The position numbers were made by a program, and so were the translations under genes. Under the pieces are notes generated by a model. It searched no databases. It saw only the letters and a program-made list of their open reading frames with translations, and was not told the DNA's origin. This document shows positions 25,779-38,669 of a DNA stretch of 64,000 nucleotides, one piece after another. This DNA is from Paraphysomonas bandaiensis (lineage: Eukaryota; Protista; Chrysophyceae), in the NCBI GenBank assembly GCA_965644295.1, contig CBFFRP010000263.1, positions 372,001 to 436,000 on the forward strand, given 5' to 3'. Position 1 is the stretch's first letter, and each line of letters opens with the position of its first letter.

Positions 25779-26933
25779 TCATCCTTTTGGAACAACTTTT
25801 TTTCCCCTTCCCACAGTAGACCCCTTCTTACTGGTAGATACTCCCTGGCCAGCAGGAGCAATAGGAGCACCTCCCTTTCCGGAAAGCTTTTTAGGAGAAC
25901 GACTCTTGTCCGAGGTTGCGGCAGTAGTCGCAGGCTTGGTAGTTTCCTTAGGAATAGACACCGCAGTACCATCATTCGCAGATGAATCCGGTCCCGAAGT
26001 ACTCGTTACTGCATCTGTAGCACCCGATGAAGAAGCTACATTTCCGGGTTGGGAAGTAGATGGATTGGCACTTGAAGTCGTTGTAGCTTCTCTTTCCGGC
26101 TGATCCTGTGAAACTGCAGGCGTGATCTTCACGTACGGCAGTCCGTCTAGGTTTAACTCAATCGGGCACGACACTTCCATGTCTTCAAACTCATCTCCAG
26201 ATAATTTTTCGAAAGTACACATGCGCTCTGTATGCACTCCAGCACTATTTTCTGATGTCGCTACTGTGCTTTCTGCTGCAGCAGTGTCAGCACCTTCTAC
26301 AGTGGCTGACGGAACTGTAGTGTCCGGATTTTCTTGTCGTGGGGAATTAAAAACAGGCCACGGAATAGCATCTTTCTTGATAAATAGTCGCGCCAAAATA
26401 AATTCTGAGGTAGCTTTGTAGAGGTCCGCTCCATCGAGCTTCTTGTTTTTCTTTTTCGTCAACAGTTCTCTGACACCTTGTGCCTTCGATTCCACTTCGA
26501 AATAAAGTTGCGCCATGTTTAGAAATATAGTTCTGTAGTACTCGTCTTTTTCCATGTTGCGACATGTAACTATCAAAACTCTCGCAGCACGGTCTTCATA
26601 TATAGTGAATTCGATTCTGTCTCGCGTTCTCCAGTACGACTTTTCACCTTTATATATTTGCGATCTTTCGCGTGGAGAATACAATTCTTCGAATGTTAAA
26701 GGCTGTGGACCAGATGTGAAGTGCGCCTGTACAGATTCTGGGGTGGAGTGCATCAAGTAATGAAAACTTTTGTATTCTGCCATCGTGAAGATATGTCCCT
26801 ATGTAACTACTACCAATACAGCAAATGCGATTTATTAAAAATAAAAAGCCCAGTTCAGGACCATACAGTGCATACAAAGCGCTGCTGTTTACAATAGCAA
26901 TCTCACCTTGCTAGCGATATTCATTGCATCCAT
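25779..26933 (-). CDS. Hypothetical protein with low-complexity S/T/K-rich tail
   Basis: 334-aa ORF; probable first exon MDAMNIASK|GTGAG (ATG 26933) splices in frame to GHIFTMAEYK. Confidence 0.7.
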
Positions 26934-27357
26934 GTCATCTATATTATTGATGTATGTGCAGTGAGGTAGGCGTGATGATGCGGCATCCATGATTATGACA
27001 CACAGGAGCAGTAACCGTCTCCACTGTAGTCCTATGAATACGGTTGCGTATTCGCTACGTAGTTTCACTTTGTGGACTGATAGTTTGTTTTACCAATGGT
27101 TATCTAATACTCGTATTTGATTGGATATTCTGTTTTCTTCCAACTCGTATTTTTTTTCTAATGCAGTACGATGACATCCGTTTGAGTGACGAGCCATATG
27201 CACGCTGAGCGTATATGGTATAATGAAGTGGATCATATTGCATCGTGAGAGAGTTATGTATAGGGGAACAAGGGTATCTTTACACCAGTTGCTTTATTGT
27301 CGATCCCTCTGACATACGTGTGCCGACATTATCATCTAATTGAGTGGATTGATCAAT

Positions 27358-29803
27358 ATGGCCAGAATCTTTAACCTTAATGATGATACGATGCGATGGA
27401 GTTCTTACTCATGTGAGATATTTCTTGCATTAACAGTTATTTTCAGTTGTTGCTGTTATTTGCCAATGATTTTCAACAATAGATTAAAAGATGACAATCA
27501 TCAGTTCAACTCGTCTGTAGAGGAACACTGGGCGCTATATCGACTAACTCTCGTTGTTGCAATGTCCACATCAATACCCATGTCACTGGACACCATTTTG
27601 GATTATAATCTTACTCTCAGGAGCTTACTTCCTCGATGGTGCTTTGTTATTTCTCTCACTATCCCAAATATCGTGTCTTTCATTGTAATGAACTCCACCA
27701 ACCCGTCATATCGTGCAATTCTTGCTTGCAGTGTAGGAATGCGCGAAATTCTACTGAGAGGCGCGCTACTCACTTACCTTCTTCATGAAAAATGCACGAA
27801 AGAGAGTTACCGTGCGATAACATGCGCCGCAGTTTTGAGTACATTCGCTGTTCAATCATATGTATGGACAGGCTTCATGGATGGTGACTTCATTTCGATA
27901 TGGACAATATTTGCAAACTGTATTGATGGTGTTGCCACTGCGATTGTTATTTATCTACTTGTTCAGCAGCTTCTTGAGTGTAGATTTTCAGAGCACCCAT
28001 GTATATATCGAAGCATGTATGTTGCATTATACATCTTAAACTACCTCGTCAAATCGCTTGTTGTTGCCTCCGCTACCTCCACCGCATCTGTATCATACCT
28101 AGGAGTGTCGGACATATTTATATGTGTGCTTGCCACAACAATTCCCGGGCGACAGGCAAGGAATGAGAAGTGTGTTGCTGAGGTGAGAGTAGCTGTTATA
28201 TTGGCAGTGTGATTGTTGTGAACACGTTTATTCAGGGTATGGTGAACGCCAAGCGTGATCTTCTGAACTACATATCTCATGAGATCCGCACTCCACTCAA
28301 TGCGATATATATTGGGGTGCAGCTACTAGCAAAAGAGCTTCATGCGAACTCGTGTTGTGGAGACAATAGCAAGAACATCCTTGATGACATAGATTCATCT
28401 TGCCAGATGGTAATCGATATATTGAATGAGTTTCTCATGGTGAATCGCATTGAGGTTGGAAGCTTGGCACTGGACATTAAGAGAGTGTCAGTTATTTCAC
28501 TCATTGATTCAGTTGCATCTACATTTGACAAGCAGGTGCGTTAAGCTCCGTTAAATGAATGTGATGTATTGAATTTTGTTTAGGCGGACCAACAAGGATT
28601 AAAATATACGTTCAATGGCGACACTCATATTGATCCCGAATTGCTGAGTCTACGCGTCGGAGTTGATGTAGACATTGCAAAGATCCGTCACGTCCTTCGC
28701 AACCTTATATCCAATGCGTTGAGATTCACTCCCGCGGGCGGTCGTGTTGACGTGTACGCTCTCTTGAAGAAGAAATCATCCTCATATGTGCCACTTTGTG
28801 ACCTATTTTCTACTGAAGATGACTTCATAAAAAATCGAAAGCCTGTGCATAGAGAGAAATCTGACCTGCAGGACTATGTGCTACGCGTGGAAGTTCGCGA
28901 CAGTGGGTCCGGAATCAATGAGGTAGGTAAAAGTCTTGATGATCTGACAGATTATTGTTTACTGTCATTTCTCTTCTGTGTAGAAGGACAAAACACGATT
29001 ATTCCAAGAAGTGTCCAGCTTTGGCTCGTCCCACCTACACAATGGAGGTGGGGCGGGGCTGGGTATGTGGGGTGAGTATGGATTCTGGTATATTCACATT
29101 CTTAACATAGATATACGTATGTGTAGTATCTAAACGAATTGTAGATCTTCATAACGGTCGCATGGGTGTTGAGTCTGAGATTAACAAAGGCTCAACATTT
29201 TTTATAGAGTTGAACATTTCTTGTTCGTCGTCTACTTGTACGACACAATCTAATGCTGACGACGAAGAATCATGTCTTCATTCGAAAAGATCAGAGGATT
29301 ATGCTGAGCATGCGGCTCTACTAAGCCCTCCATTTGAACAAGGAACAAATCGTATCGGTCCTGTCTTAGTGGTTGATGACTCTGCGGTAAGTCGAAAGAT
29401 GGTTTGTCGTCTCTTAGGGAATCGGGTGGCTAGGACAGATCAAGCAGAGAATGGACAAGTAGCGGTAAGCAAGGTGCAGGAGTCAATGGATGGCAAAAGC
29501 CCGTACAGTTTGATTTTTATGGACGCCACTATGCCGGAGATGGGAGGAATTGAAGCAGTTACCCTGATTAGGAGAATGGGGTACGCAGGAGTCATTGTCT
29601 TTTTGACCGGAAATTCGACTTCTGAGGATCGTGAAAAGTTCTTGGCTGCTGGTGCTAATGATGTCATCATTAAACCATGCACTTTAAAAGACATTCTGGA
29701 TGTTGTGTCTACAGATAACGGTACAGATAATGTGCCACGTCAGCATAAACTACAAAGCTGCGTCCATTTGTCAAAGGAGCTTCACCAAATTGAAAATGGC
29801 TAA
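27358..29803 (+). CDS. Membrane-bound hybrid histidine kinase (multi-TM sensor, HisKA, HATPase_c, receiver), multi-exon
   Basis: H-box YISHEIRTPLN, N-box LRNLISNALRFT, G1 DSGSG, G2 GGGAGLG, GSTF; receiver VVDDS, FMDATMP, LTGN and IIKP; spliceosomal introns. Confidence 0.93.
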
Positions 29804-30537
29804 TTGGTGTCATATATATATACTACCACGTTTTTTAAACTCTGAGCCTCAGAAATTGTGACATGTCGCAGGCCTATATATATTATCTAAACATTTAACG
29901 TATACCCTTGTGTTGAGAGCACAACCACAGTGGTATATTCATCTTATCACTATTTTCTACATTTCTTGCATTCATTTGGATACAACTGGTAATGTCCCAA
30001 TCGCTACATGTTGTATTTGTTTTATTTACTTTTCATTTAAGTCATTCATATCTAAAACCTCTTAGTTTTATTTTTTTTATTTAAAAGTTTAATGAAATTA
30101 TGCTTCAAGCCAAGGCTGGGGAACGATATATACTGTAATATGTAATAGTATTGTCAGGCTGTTCCTATCAATAACATCGCAATACTTTTCTTACCTATCG
30201 AACAAGCCTATTGCAATATATGATAAGTATCATTAATCAATAGCTAAATAAATGCTTATATTCCACTTTCAGTAAAACGACACTTGTGGCTCAAAGTATT
30301 TTATAATCCATTATATGTGTTAATAGAGGAGATTCACATGAATGGTGATTTCGGAATCCATTGCACCCATTCATATCTTAGTCACTCTATTGGGTGCTAC
30401 AAAGCATATCACCCAGAACAATTTTAAATGCTGCTAATAATTTCTTATTATGTACCCCATTTTGCATATTTCATAATAAGCAATGAACTGCAATGTTAGT
30501 TATATATCACTACAACAAAATTAAATATATATTGTTA

Positions 30538-31047
30538 CAGGGCTAGGGAACAATATACTGCAATAATATATTGCTAGAGCAATATTTAAATCGACCCAAC
30601 AACAACACTGTTGCAATATATTGACAATGTATTGCATTATGGTATCATTATGCATTATTTAAACTCCTTCGTACAACATATAACTGTTATATGTTGTAAA
30701 ATATGCATCCGGCTACAAGTGTCTATTAGCTTTCAGCTTTTAGAAACAATATTAAGTGTAGTAGGATACATACTTTTGCGCAGAACTGAGATAATAACTC
30801 TAGCTGCACCCAACAGGCGCTCACATGTACTTGAAGCACATTTCTCAAGTCGTACACAAGGGTGGTGATATCGGAATTCTGTCGAGCAGTAGGAATCATA
30901 TCAGTCACTACATCCTGTGACCTTTAATTCTTGATACAGGATCTTTATACACAATCGCTTGAGCAGAACCTCAAAGATAGAGGGTCATCGTGTGACATTA
31001 ATATTTTCTGGTGGCATCGCAATTCAATATATTGTGTTCTAGCCCTG
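30538..31047. mobile_element. 510-bp non-autonomous hAT-type element
   Basis: TIR CAGGGCTAG..CAATAT / ATATTG..CTAGCCCTG; 8-bp flanks TATTGTTA and TATTGCTA (7/8 TSD); CAATAT subterminal repeats; a degenerate copy of the left end at ~30111. Confidence 0.8.
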
Positions 31048-31289
31048 TATTGCTAGTTATCTAAACCATTCGTAACAGTGTATATGACATCTTTTTCTGT
31101 GGAATTCTACAAATATGCTAATTACTCTATAAACACCTCTTGGAATACAAGTAATTATTCATTAGAAAACGCAGCAAAAATTCAAGATACAGTAATGCAG
31201 TGATCGATATCGAATGCGAACAGACAAGGACAATTTACACGACCAGCACAGCGAAATATATCAGCGTTATAAGCATATTGTAGTATCAC

Positions 31290-31813
31290 TCACGAAGATC
31301 CTTTCATAATATCAAAAGCACATCGCTTAGAATAGAGTAATTCTAAAAGACTCTCCAACTCTGATCCAAGCTTGTTCATGTCCTCTTGGTGTTGTTGTTG
31401 CAACTGCTGTGCATTTTTTTCTTTGCTGGATAATTCTAACTGGATATTAGATTTAGCAAGAGTTTCACGAGCAAGTTCTTCTCTTAAAGTAGATAATACA
31501 GCCTCTCTTGCTGCTTCTTCCTTTATAATAATCTCATATATATATATATATATATATATGTACGTATACATACATACCGAACGTAATCGTAAATTTTCAT
31601 TTTGTATAAAAGATTTTTCTTCATGTAGTTTCAGTATAGCATCATCTGTAATGATATGAATGAAATCATGTGTATATATAGTGGGCTTCTACCTTTATAA
31701 CGACTTGATACTTTTAACTGCATGATTTTCGTTTCAACTGCACTAATATCTTGTTGTTGTTTACCGTATGTACGTACAAGATCTGTTAAACGATATTCTT
31801 TATCTTGATTCAT
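31290..31813 (-). CDS. Small hypothetical coiled-coil protein (about 3 exons)
   Basis: E/K/Q/L-rich heptad ORFs 31631-31813 and 31290-31571 bridged by a short exon with GT-AG sites. Confidence 0.6.
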
Positions 31814-32317
31814 TTGATTATATATGAGTATATTGGTGATATATCCCTCTATATGTGCCTATATATACCTATAGATGACTATGTATGTATATATGACTAT
31901 ATACTCATACATTAGATCTCAATACCCCCCTCTGAGCATACGTGAATATATATGTATGGGTTTATATGAGTGATGTATGTATGTATGTATATGTGAAGTG
32001 GACTTGAATTACACTTCACTCACTTCGTTGTGATACTCTGGTGTGTATGTTCTATCTACTCATAGGACATCAACATATAGCAGTATGGATATCACCACAA
32101 GATATCACAATCTACCACAGAGATCGTACGTATACGGCTACATATACGGCTACATATGTATATCATACGGCTGTCTGAGTATACACACATCGTGTATGGT
32201 ATATGGACAGTCACGCATATGGAGGGCCACATAGCTAGAACAACATAAACATAAGAACTTAATACATAAGACTCTACCATATATTTACATGATCTGTTAA
32301 CAGATGTTATACGGGTG

Positions 32318-33607
32318 ATGTCACCCAATACAATAGTCACTTGGCCATCTTCTACATACACATCCTTTGAGGATGCTGTGATATCTGCTGCATCGAATGG
32401 AGTGGGAATTATTGAGGTGCTATCAGGAGTGTGTTTAGATAAAACGATTGTATTAAAGGACAAAATACAGAGGGTGATTATACGAGGGGTGTCAATAGAT
32501 GGATCAAAGCCTTTGATTGAGAGTTCTGGACACTGTATATTTCAAGTGTGTGGTAAGGGATCATGCTTGACACTTGAGAATCTACAGTTGCATCACACTG
32601 CATACTCGAGTGAGAAAAGTGAAGTCGGTGGAGCTGTTTTTCTTCTCGGTGATTCTAATGGAACGATTGAGAGATGTCATATCACAAGCAATTATGGATT
32701 TGGCATTTGGATTGTTCAGCGAGCATCTTGCACGTTAGTAGATACTACCATATGCAGTACATCACGTTCGGGTTGCGTGGCATTCGGGAAATCTTCGCTC
32801 ACTTTGAACATGTGCACTGTTCGTGACTGCTGCCAGCATGGGTTGTGTCTCCGCGGTCGTTGCTCTCTATTTATGACTGATACCAAAGTAACAGGGAGTG
32901 GCGTACGGGCTATATACGGATATGACAGTGCCCGCATTGTTCTTGACCGTTGCTCAGTGGGATACACAAAGAGTGCTTGTCATGCTGCTGTGGAAGTTAG
33001 ATGCAGCCATGCGACACAGGAGGGAGCCAACTGTACTTCAAATTTAAGAGGCGGACGGAAAGAAAGAGATATGGGTAGAGTATCATCCTTGATAGCTCAA
33101 TCTGTTTGTTTTGAGAATAATGTTGGTCTAGACATACAATATAGCACTCCGGATATTCGGATAGTATCTTGCTACACCTATTGTAGTATTCGACGTCAAT
33201 ATATTTTGTTGCATTTTGAAAGTAGTCCACATAGGAGTGCGTACATAAGTGATCTATACCCTCGCCGTATGGAGTTTATATTGGATGAGAACTCGGATAG
33301 TATTTCGAACGGGAAAGTCGAAGAAGGTAAAACAGAGAAGGTGCAGTGGGATTACCACCGAGATGATGATCAGTGGGTACCCTACGAATCCAGTATCAGT
33401 GAGGTTTTGTGCACACAATATGACTTGTGGTTAAGTCGTCGATCACTCTTAGCCGTAGCACGGAATGATTTAGTTGATTCTAGCACAAGTTCCTTTTGTC
33501 TTCCCCCTCCTTTTCAGAGATATAGTATTGATTTTGATAGAATGCAACAAACGAATACCGACACCTTTTTTGTACGTTCTATTAGACGCGTCTCTAAACC
33601 TGTGTAA
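32318..33607 (+). CDS. Right-handed parallel beta-helix protein with C-terminal WWE domain
   Basis: Repeated (G/A)I.I....S..L..C.I beta-helix coils; C-terminal VQWDY..W.PY..YSIDF..MQQTN..RSIRR WWE signature. Confidence 0.8.
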   Translation: MSPNTIVTWPSSTYTSFEDAVISAASNGVGIIEVLSGVCLDKTIVLKDKIQRVIIRGVSIDGSKPLIESSGHCIFQVCGKGSCLTLENLQLHHTAYSSEKSEVGGAVFLLGDSNGTIERCHITSNYGFGIWIVQRASCTLVDTTICSTSRSGCVAFGKSSLTLNMCTVRDCCQHGLCLRGRCSLFMTDTKVTGSGVRAIYGYDSARIVLDRCSVGYTKSACHAAVEVRCSHATQEGANCTSNLRGGRKERDMGRVSSLIAQSVCFENNVGLDIQYSTPDIRIVSCYTYCSIRRQYILLHFESSPHRSAYISDLYPRRMEFILDENSDSISNGKVEEGKTEKVQWDYHRDDDQWVPYESSISEVLCTQYDLWLSRRSLLAVARNDLVDSSTSSFCLPPPFQRYSIDFDRMQQTNTDTFFVRSIRRVSKPV

Positions 33608-34189
33608 CGTGACAAGTTAGTATTAATAGTTGCATGTAAGTATGTAATATATAAATATATATTTGAAAGCTATCATACTTCGTCCTATAAAGTACTGACA
33701 TGCATTGGGTTTCAGTACTGCCGAGAAATATACATTTGTAGTGAACTTTTTTGTCGTGGTTCTCATGAACACAAATAATTACCAAAGAGATTTCCATTGT
33801 CGTGGTAAAAACATAGTCTTTCCATTGAACCCATCTGGACATATAAAATAGTGCTATAAATGCATGTGTGTCATTCCTGTTACTACTGCATGGTCCACTG
33901 GTATGGTAGTGTCGTCAGAGACTATTTAAACCAGGACTAGAGAACAATGTATTTGAAATTTTTAACATTACTGGGACTAGAAAAGCATTTTATAATCCTG
34001 TAGTTTATAATCAAAATTGATATTGCTGGTTTCGCCTTATACAATTATGAGTAAAAGAACCGAATCCGCAAAAGTTGGTTTGTCGTTGTTGTATGTAAAT
34101 TCGAAATAATATATCACAACACAAAGATACTCATTTAAAATAATGACTAGAGACTAGTGTTGATGACATTTCGTCTGCCATATCAGTAG

Positions 34190-35137
34190 TTACTCAATAT
34201 CAGCGAGAGAGTTGAGTGTATCCACCCATGCTTTCATCTCCACTTCATTCTCAGCTCGGCAAACCAAAGGATACGGCATCGCATGTACGGTGAACTCATT
34301 ATGAGGGTTCTCTCCATCCGAAGTGGTCACGTAAAAAGCGTTGAGTTTCACAACTCCTTTAGGAGCTGCGCCGTTGATGAAAGCTTGTTCGTTTTCATAA
34401 TACTTGATGTCGTCCTGCAAGACAGCATATCGCCTCTTCCAGTTACCAGCTGCGCCCGATTTATTGCCACCAAGCTTCTCAAGATATCCGGTCTTTACCA
34501 CCGTACCGGGCTTGATGCGCGCAGTAATATCAATGGTACGGCTACGGTTTGGTCTGACAAAATAACACTCATAATTACTACAGAATATGAAATAGATTAG
34601 AATAGCAATCACCTTTCATCACTGGTATTAGCATGTACACGTAGAAACGCGTATAGTTGGCTCTGAACGCCAGGAGACATCGCAACATTATCCAGAAAGT
34701 CTTGAAACCATGCGTTCAGTGCAATCTTCCTGCGCTCCAATTGCTCCGCACTCATCTTTCCAACCTGTATGCAGCGTTATTATATCACTCGCTGAAAATA
34801 TTTGATTACGGCAAGTATATAATACCGTAACAGATTTTGAAGGAAACTCGTTCGTTAAACTACCAGCGTGTTCCGCAACAGCCTGGTAAAAGAATCGAAA
34901 CTCGCTGTATCTCTTCCTCACCTCCCAAATAATGTTATCTTTCTTTACCTAAGAATATATTTATTATACAATTCATATATAATTCTATTAATATACTTCA
35001 ATAATAAAATTAGCATAACTACCACCATCAGCTTCCTCATAGCCTGTAATGCTTACTTCTAGACCATGTTGCTTAACAACAGGTATGATTGATTGAACAG
35101 ATGTAGATTTATGTAAAACAGATTTTCTTGCATTCAT
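34190..35137 (-). CDS. PX-PH domain protein (multi-exon)
   Basis: PX: WEVRKRYSEF, FPSK, LERRKIALNAW, LYAFL; PH: KTGYLEKLGG..NWKRRYAVL..YYE..PKG..EMKAWV. Confidence 0.88.
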
Positions 35138-35804
35138 TATTTTATAATAATAGAAATTGAATTAATTAAAAGAGATTTTATATGATGGTGTTATGATAAG
35201 ATTGTATGATATGGATGAGATATGGATGTATGTATATATATGATATGAGACACTGCTGCTGTGTGTCAACATATACATACATGCGTACATATATGTATGT
35301 ATACTGTATCTAGATGTATGTATATATGTATAGTATACAACACACTCTGCTGCTGATGTTGCTATATGCAAATACAAAAATACATCACAAAATAGTAGGA
35401 TTTTATACACTAGCGATAGGATAAAATAATACTAAAAATAAGTGATTTTGTAGATTAGAATGCAAAATATGGGATTTTATAGTATACGGTTCAAAATATG
35501 GAGAATTGAAACGTTACTTCACTGGTTTCTATATGTATGTATATATATATATATGTACATGTACATACATACATATAGAGGCTCTTGTCCACATCATGAG
35601 CATATTTAAGGCTTTCAATATGATGAATATAACAATCAACTGTGAATAGTTTTATATAGATTGATAATGTATATAACTCATACTGTATTACTCTGATCAT
35701 ATATCTACTAGAGATAAGCGGCTGTTAGATATCTGCTTGACTATATATATATATGTATATACACATCATTCTACACGTTATCAATCCATATATATATTAA
35801 TATA

Positions 35805-38219
35805 ATGTCTGAATTATATGAATTTCCATCAAAAATGAGATCAGCATTATTTGCTTTTGCACGTACAACTGAACAAGTACAAGAATGTTTACAATATAAA
35901 GATTGTAACGATTATGCAATGCGTGAATTATTTCGTTTAAAAGTTCAAGATTTTAAATTCTTTTTATCAAAAACATATACAACTATGTTTGATGATGCTG
36001 AATTTTATAATCAAAGGAAAGCATTGACAATGTTTTTTGCTCGTACTATGGAAATTATATGCGAAGTTCCATCAATACTTGACAAAATTTTGTCAGATAC
36101 TGTGGATACACTTATTGCATCGAATGTAAAACAATTAGCTGAAAGTGGTCTTATGGGTGAAATCAAGGTTGTTGAAGATGTTGTATATAAGAGTGGCTCA
36201 ATGATATTCGTGAAGACTCAGAAGGCGTTAGATGCTGCGCTTCAGAACCCCACATTATTGGCTGAGAAGAACTATATTCCTACCGTAGAGGTCATACTCC
36301 CAAGCTCTCGGGGTCGGTCTAAAGATGGTTACTCTCGATATTCTTCGCCTTACAGCCGCAAGTTGGACTCTCTGGTATATCGCAATCGTGACCGCGCTGG
36401 AAAGAGTCAGTTCGATCCCTATCCCACGACCAAAGATGTGCCACAGGAATATAGTCCAAGAAGTGCCTCTGCCGCCGGTGACAACTCGGACTGTAACTCC
36501 CGTGCTTCTTCAAAAAGTAGTAAACGTAGTAAGGGGAAATCGGTGAAAAAGGGGAAGAAATTAACTCTTAAAAAGGGAAAAAGCCGAAAGAATTTGAAGA
36601 AAGGAGCCAGTAAGAGGAATTTATATAACGGGTTCAGCCGTGGGAGTAGCAAGCGAGGCCTGAGAAGAGGTCTCAGTCGTGGAAGTAGCTTTAGTAATCG
36701 GTCCTCGCAGAGCAGTCGTTCCGGAAGCAGTATGAGTAGTTCCAGATCCCGGTCCAGCAGGCAGTCAGTTGGCAACGTGTGGTCCGGTTTGAACGCTGCT
36801 AATCACCTCACGTCAAGGGCTCGGTCTCGACGTGCCTCACAATCCAGTGTTGATAAACCCGCTAAGACGGCCGGACGTAAGACTGTTACCTTGAGTCCTA
36901 TACAAGGACAGCGGAAGAGGGTCAAGGCCCCACGACGAGCGGTAGCTACAGGTGGGTTAGGTGTCGAAAACAGAAGTAAAGGTGTGTCAGAATGTGACGG
37001 AGAGAGTGTAGGTTCTTTAGATAAACCTGTCAATAAACTCAGTGTTACTCGAATCACCAAAACTAGGAGAGATGCTTCGAATGCGCCAAATCAGCAGCAA
37101 AAGGCACCAAAAGGGTTGAATAGATCGATGAAAAAAAACGGAACTGAGCAAGTCCTTGTGACGACTCGCAGTAAGAAGAGTCCCATTCGCACAAATAGGC
37201 GCCAGGCAACAGATATTGACGATAGCTCCAGTGATTCGTCTCCGGAGCAATCAATAGGTCATCAAAGGAACCGCAGGGTGCGTCCCTCTGCAAAGTGTTT
37301 ACCTACGAAATCCAGAACGTTGACCAGCCCAGTGTCGCGCCCGAAGGGCACTCCCGCCTCAAAGGAAGGGGAAACTGATGTTGCCTCTCTTAATGGAGCC
37401 CGTAAAATACCCCAATCTAAACTTCAAAAACTGTCACCGTCTAGACCCCGAAACGCTTCCCCGAGCAGGTTGGAACACGGCAAAGATAAAGCCAAGATAT
37501 CGGTACCCGTAGAGTCGAAGCCAATTATTCGTTCCGTGAAACCCCCAACTAGTCAAGTTCCTTCTAAGAAAACTGAGAATAATATCGTGAGCAATGATGC
37601 CGTGGGGGGTCAAAAGGATACTTCTGATCTGACAGTCATCAAGCCTGTTATGAATCAAACAGATTGTACTGTTCCTCGCACAGCCCCTTCTAGTATACCA
37701 TCTTTTGAAAAATCTCTTCTCGCACTGCCCCTGAAAAATATGGGGAGCGATGCCACACCTGTCTCTATTAGTTCCGTTAGTCCGATTACAACGAAGAAAA
37801 GTGATCAGAGGGAGACAGCATCAGTTATTACGAACAATGTTGACAGTTCCTCTCAGAGTACCCGAAAGCTAGTGAGAAGTGTTTCCAACAAGGGCCCAGC
37901 AAGGAAGAATACAAAGGGCGTTTTGAAACGGGCCACTACAAACCAAGACAGCTCCGTTCAACTCAAACCTCTCGAAAATAGTAATGTAAAGAGCAGTGCC
38001 AGAAGTGGACGTAGTGCTAGTAGTGCCCGCGATAGCTCTAGTGCCGCCGGATTGACTTTTGCGAGTGCTGTAAAAGATTTAGCGAAGTATGGTTATGTGT
38101 ATGATGCTGGAAACGATGCCTTCCTGTCGAAAATAAGCCACGAATATAGCACTACGAAAAAAGTTACCTCTGATCTCGACAAAAAATTATTCCCTACTTT
38201 AAGTGTTTCGTTTTATTGA
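35805..38219 (+). CDS. Hypothetical 804-aa protein: helical N-terminal domain plus long basic S/R/K-rich disordered tail
   Basis: Uninterrupted 2.4-kb ORF preceded by the promoter-type low-complexity block seen at other genes. Confidence 0.8.
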   Translation: MSELYEFPSKMRSALFAFARTTEQVQECLQYKDCNDYAMRELFRLKVQDFKFFLSKTYTTMFDDAEFYNQRKALTMFFARTMEIICEVPSILDKILSDTVDTLIASNVKQLAESGLMGEIKVVEDVVYKSGSMIFVKTQKALDAALQNPTLLAEKNYIPTVEVILPSSRGRSKDGYSRYSSPYSRKLDSLVYRNRDRAGKSQFDPYPTTKDVPQEYSPRSASAAGDNSDCNSRASSKSSKRSKGKSVKKGKKLTLKKGKSRKNLKKGASKRNLYNGFSRGSSKRGLRRGLSRGSSFSNRSSQSSRSGSSMSSSRSRSSRQSVGNVWSGLNAANHLTSRARSRRASQSSVDKPAKTAGRKTVTLSPIQGQRKRVKAPRRAVATGGLGVENRSKGVSECDGESVGSLDKPVNKLSVTRITKTRRDASNAPNQQQKAPKGLNRSMKKNGTEQVLVTTRSKKSPIRTNRRQATDIDDSSSDSSPEQSIGHQRNRRVRPSAKCLPTKSRTLTSPVSRPKGTPASKEGETDVASLNGARKIPQSKLQKLSPSRPRNASPSRLEHGKDKAKISVPVESKPIIRSVKPPTSQVPSKKTENNIVSNDAVGGQKDTSDLTVIKPVMNQTDCTVPRTAPSSIPSFEKSLLALPLKNMGSDATPVSISSVSPITTKKSDQRETASVITNNVDSSSQSTRKLVRSVSNKGPARKNTKGVLKRATTNQDSSVQLKPLENSNVKSSARSGRSASSARDSSSAAGLTFASAVKDLAKYGYVYDAGNDAFLSKISHEYSTTKKVTSDLDKKLFPTLSVSFY

Positions 38220-38669
38220 TGTTTGTTGTGTTTGCCTATATCAGCTCCTGTAAGATGGGACTGTATGTATTATAGATGTTATTGTTCTTCAAACCTTGAA
38301 TATGTAATGGAATTATCTTGCGTATATTATTATTTACAACATTGATGCTAGTTAATGATAGTATTTGGTGAAATAATTTTACCCAGAATCAATCGAAATT
38401 TCACCCTGATATAATACGACACTAGACAGGATGAATCTGTTAAGACTGAAATATACGAGCCAATAGTCTCTGTCGTTTGATATATCAGTATGAGGTAATG
38501 AATGTCTTAAAATTTAAAATTGTGCAACTACCTCATCACGTATATAGAAATTTTCTTATATAAACAACAAATTTGAGTTTAACCAGATGATTACAGATTA
38601 CAGTAGTCATAAATATCTTATGTTTAGTAATAGGCGTTTATGCCCCATATTGACAGCAACTAATCACCG

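Noticed and set aside
27358-29803. Bacterial contamination or recent HGT for the histidine kinase and Pmp-like genes
   Set aside because: Both contain multiple spliceosomal introns and sit among typical eukaryotic genes.
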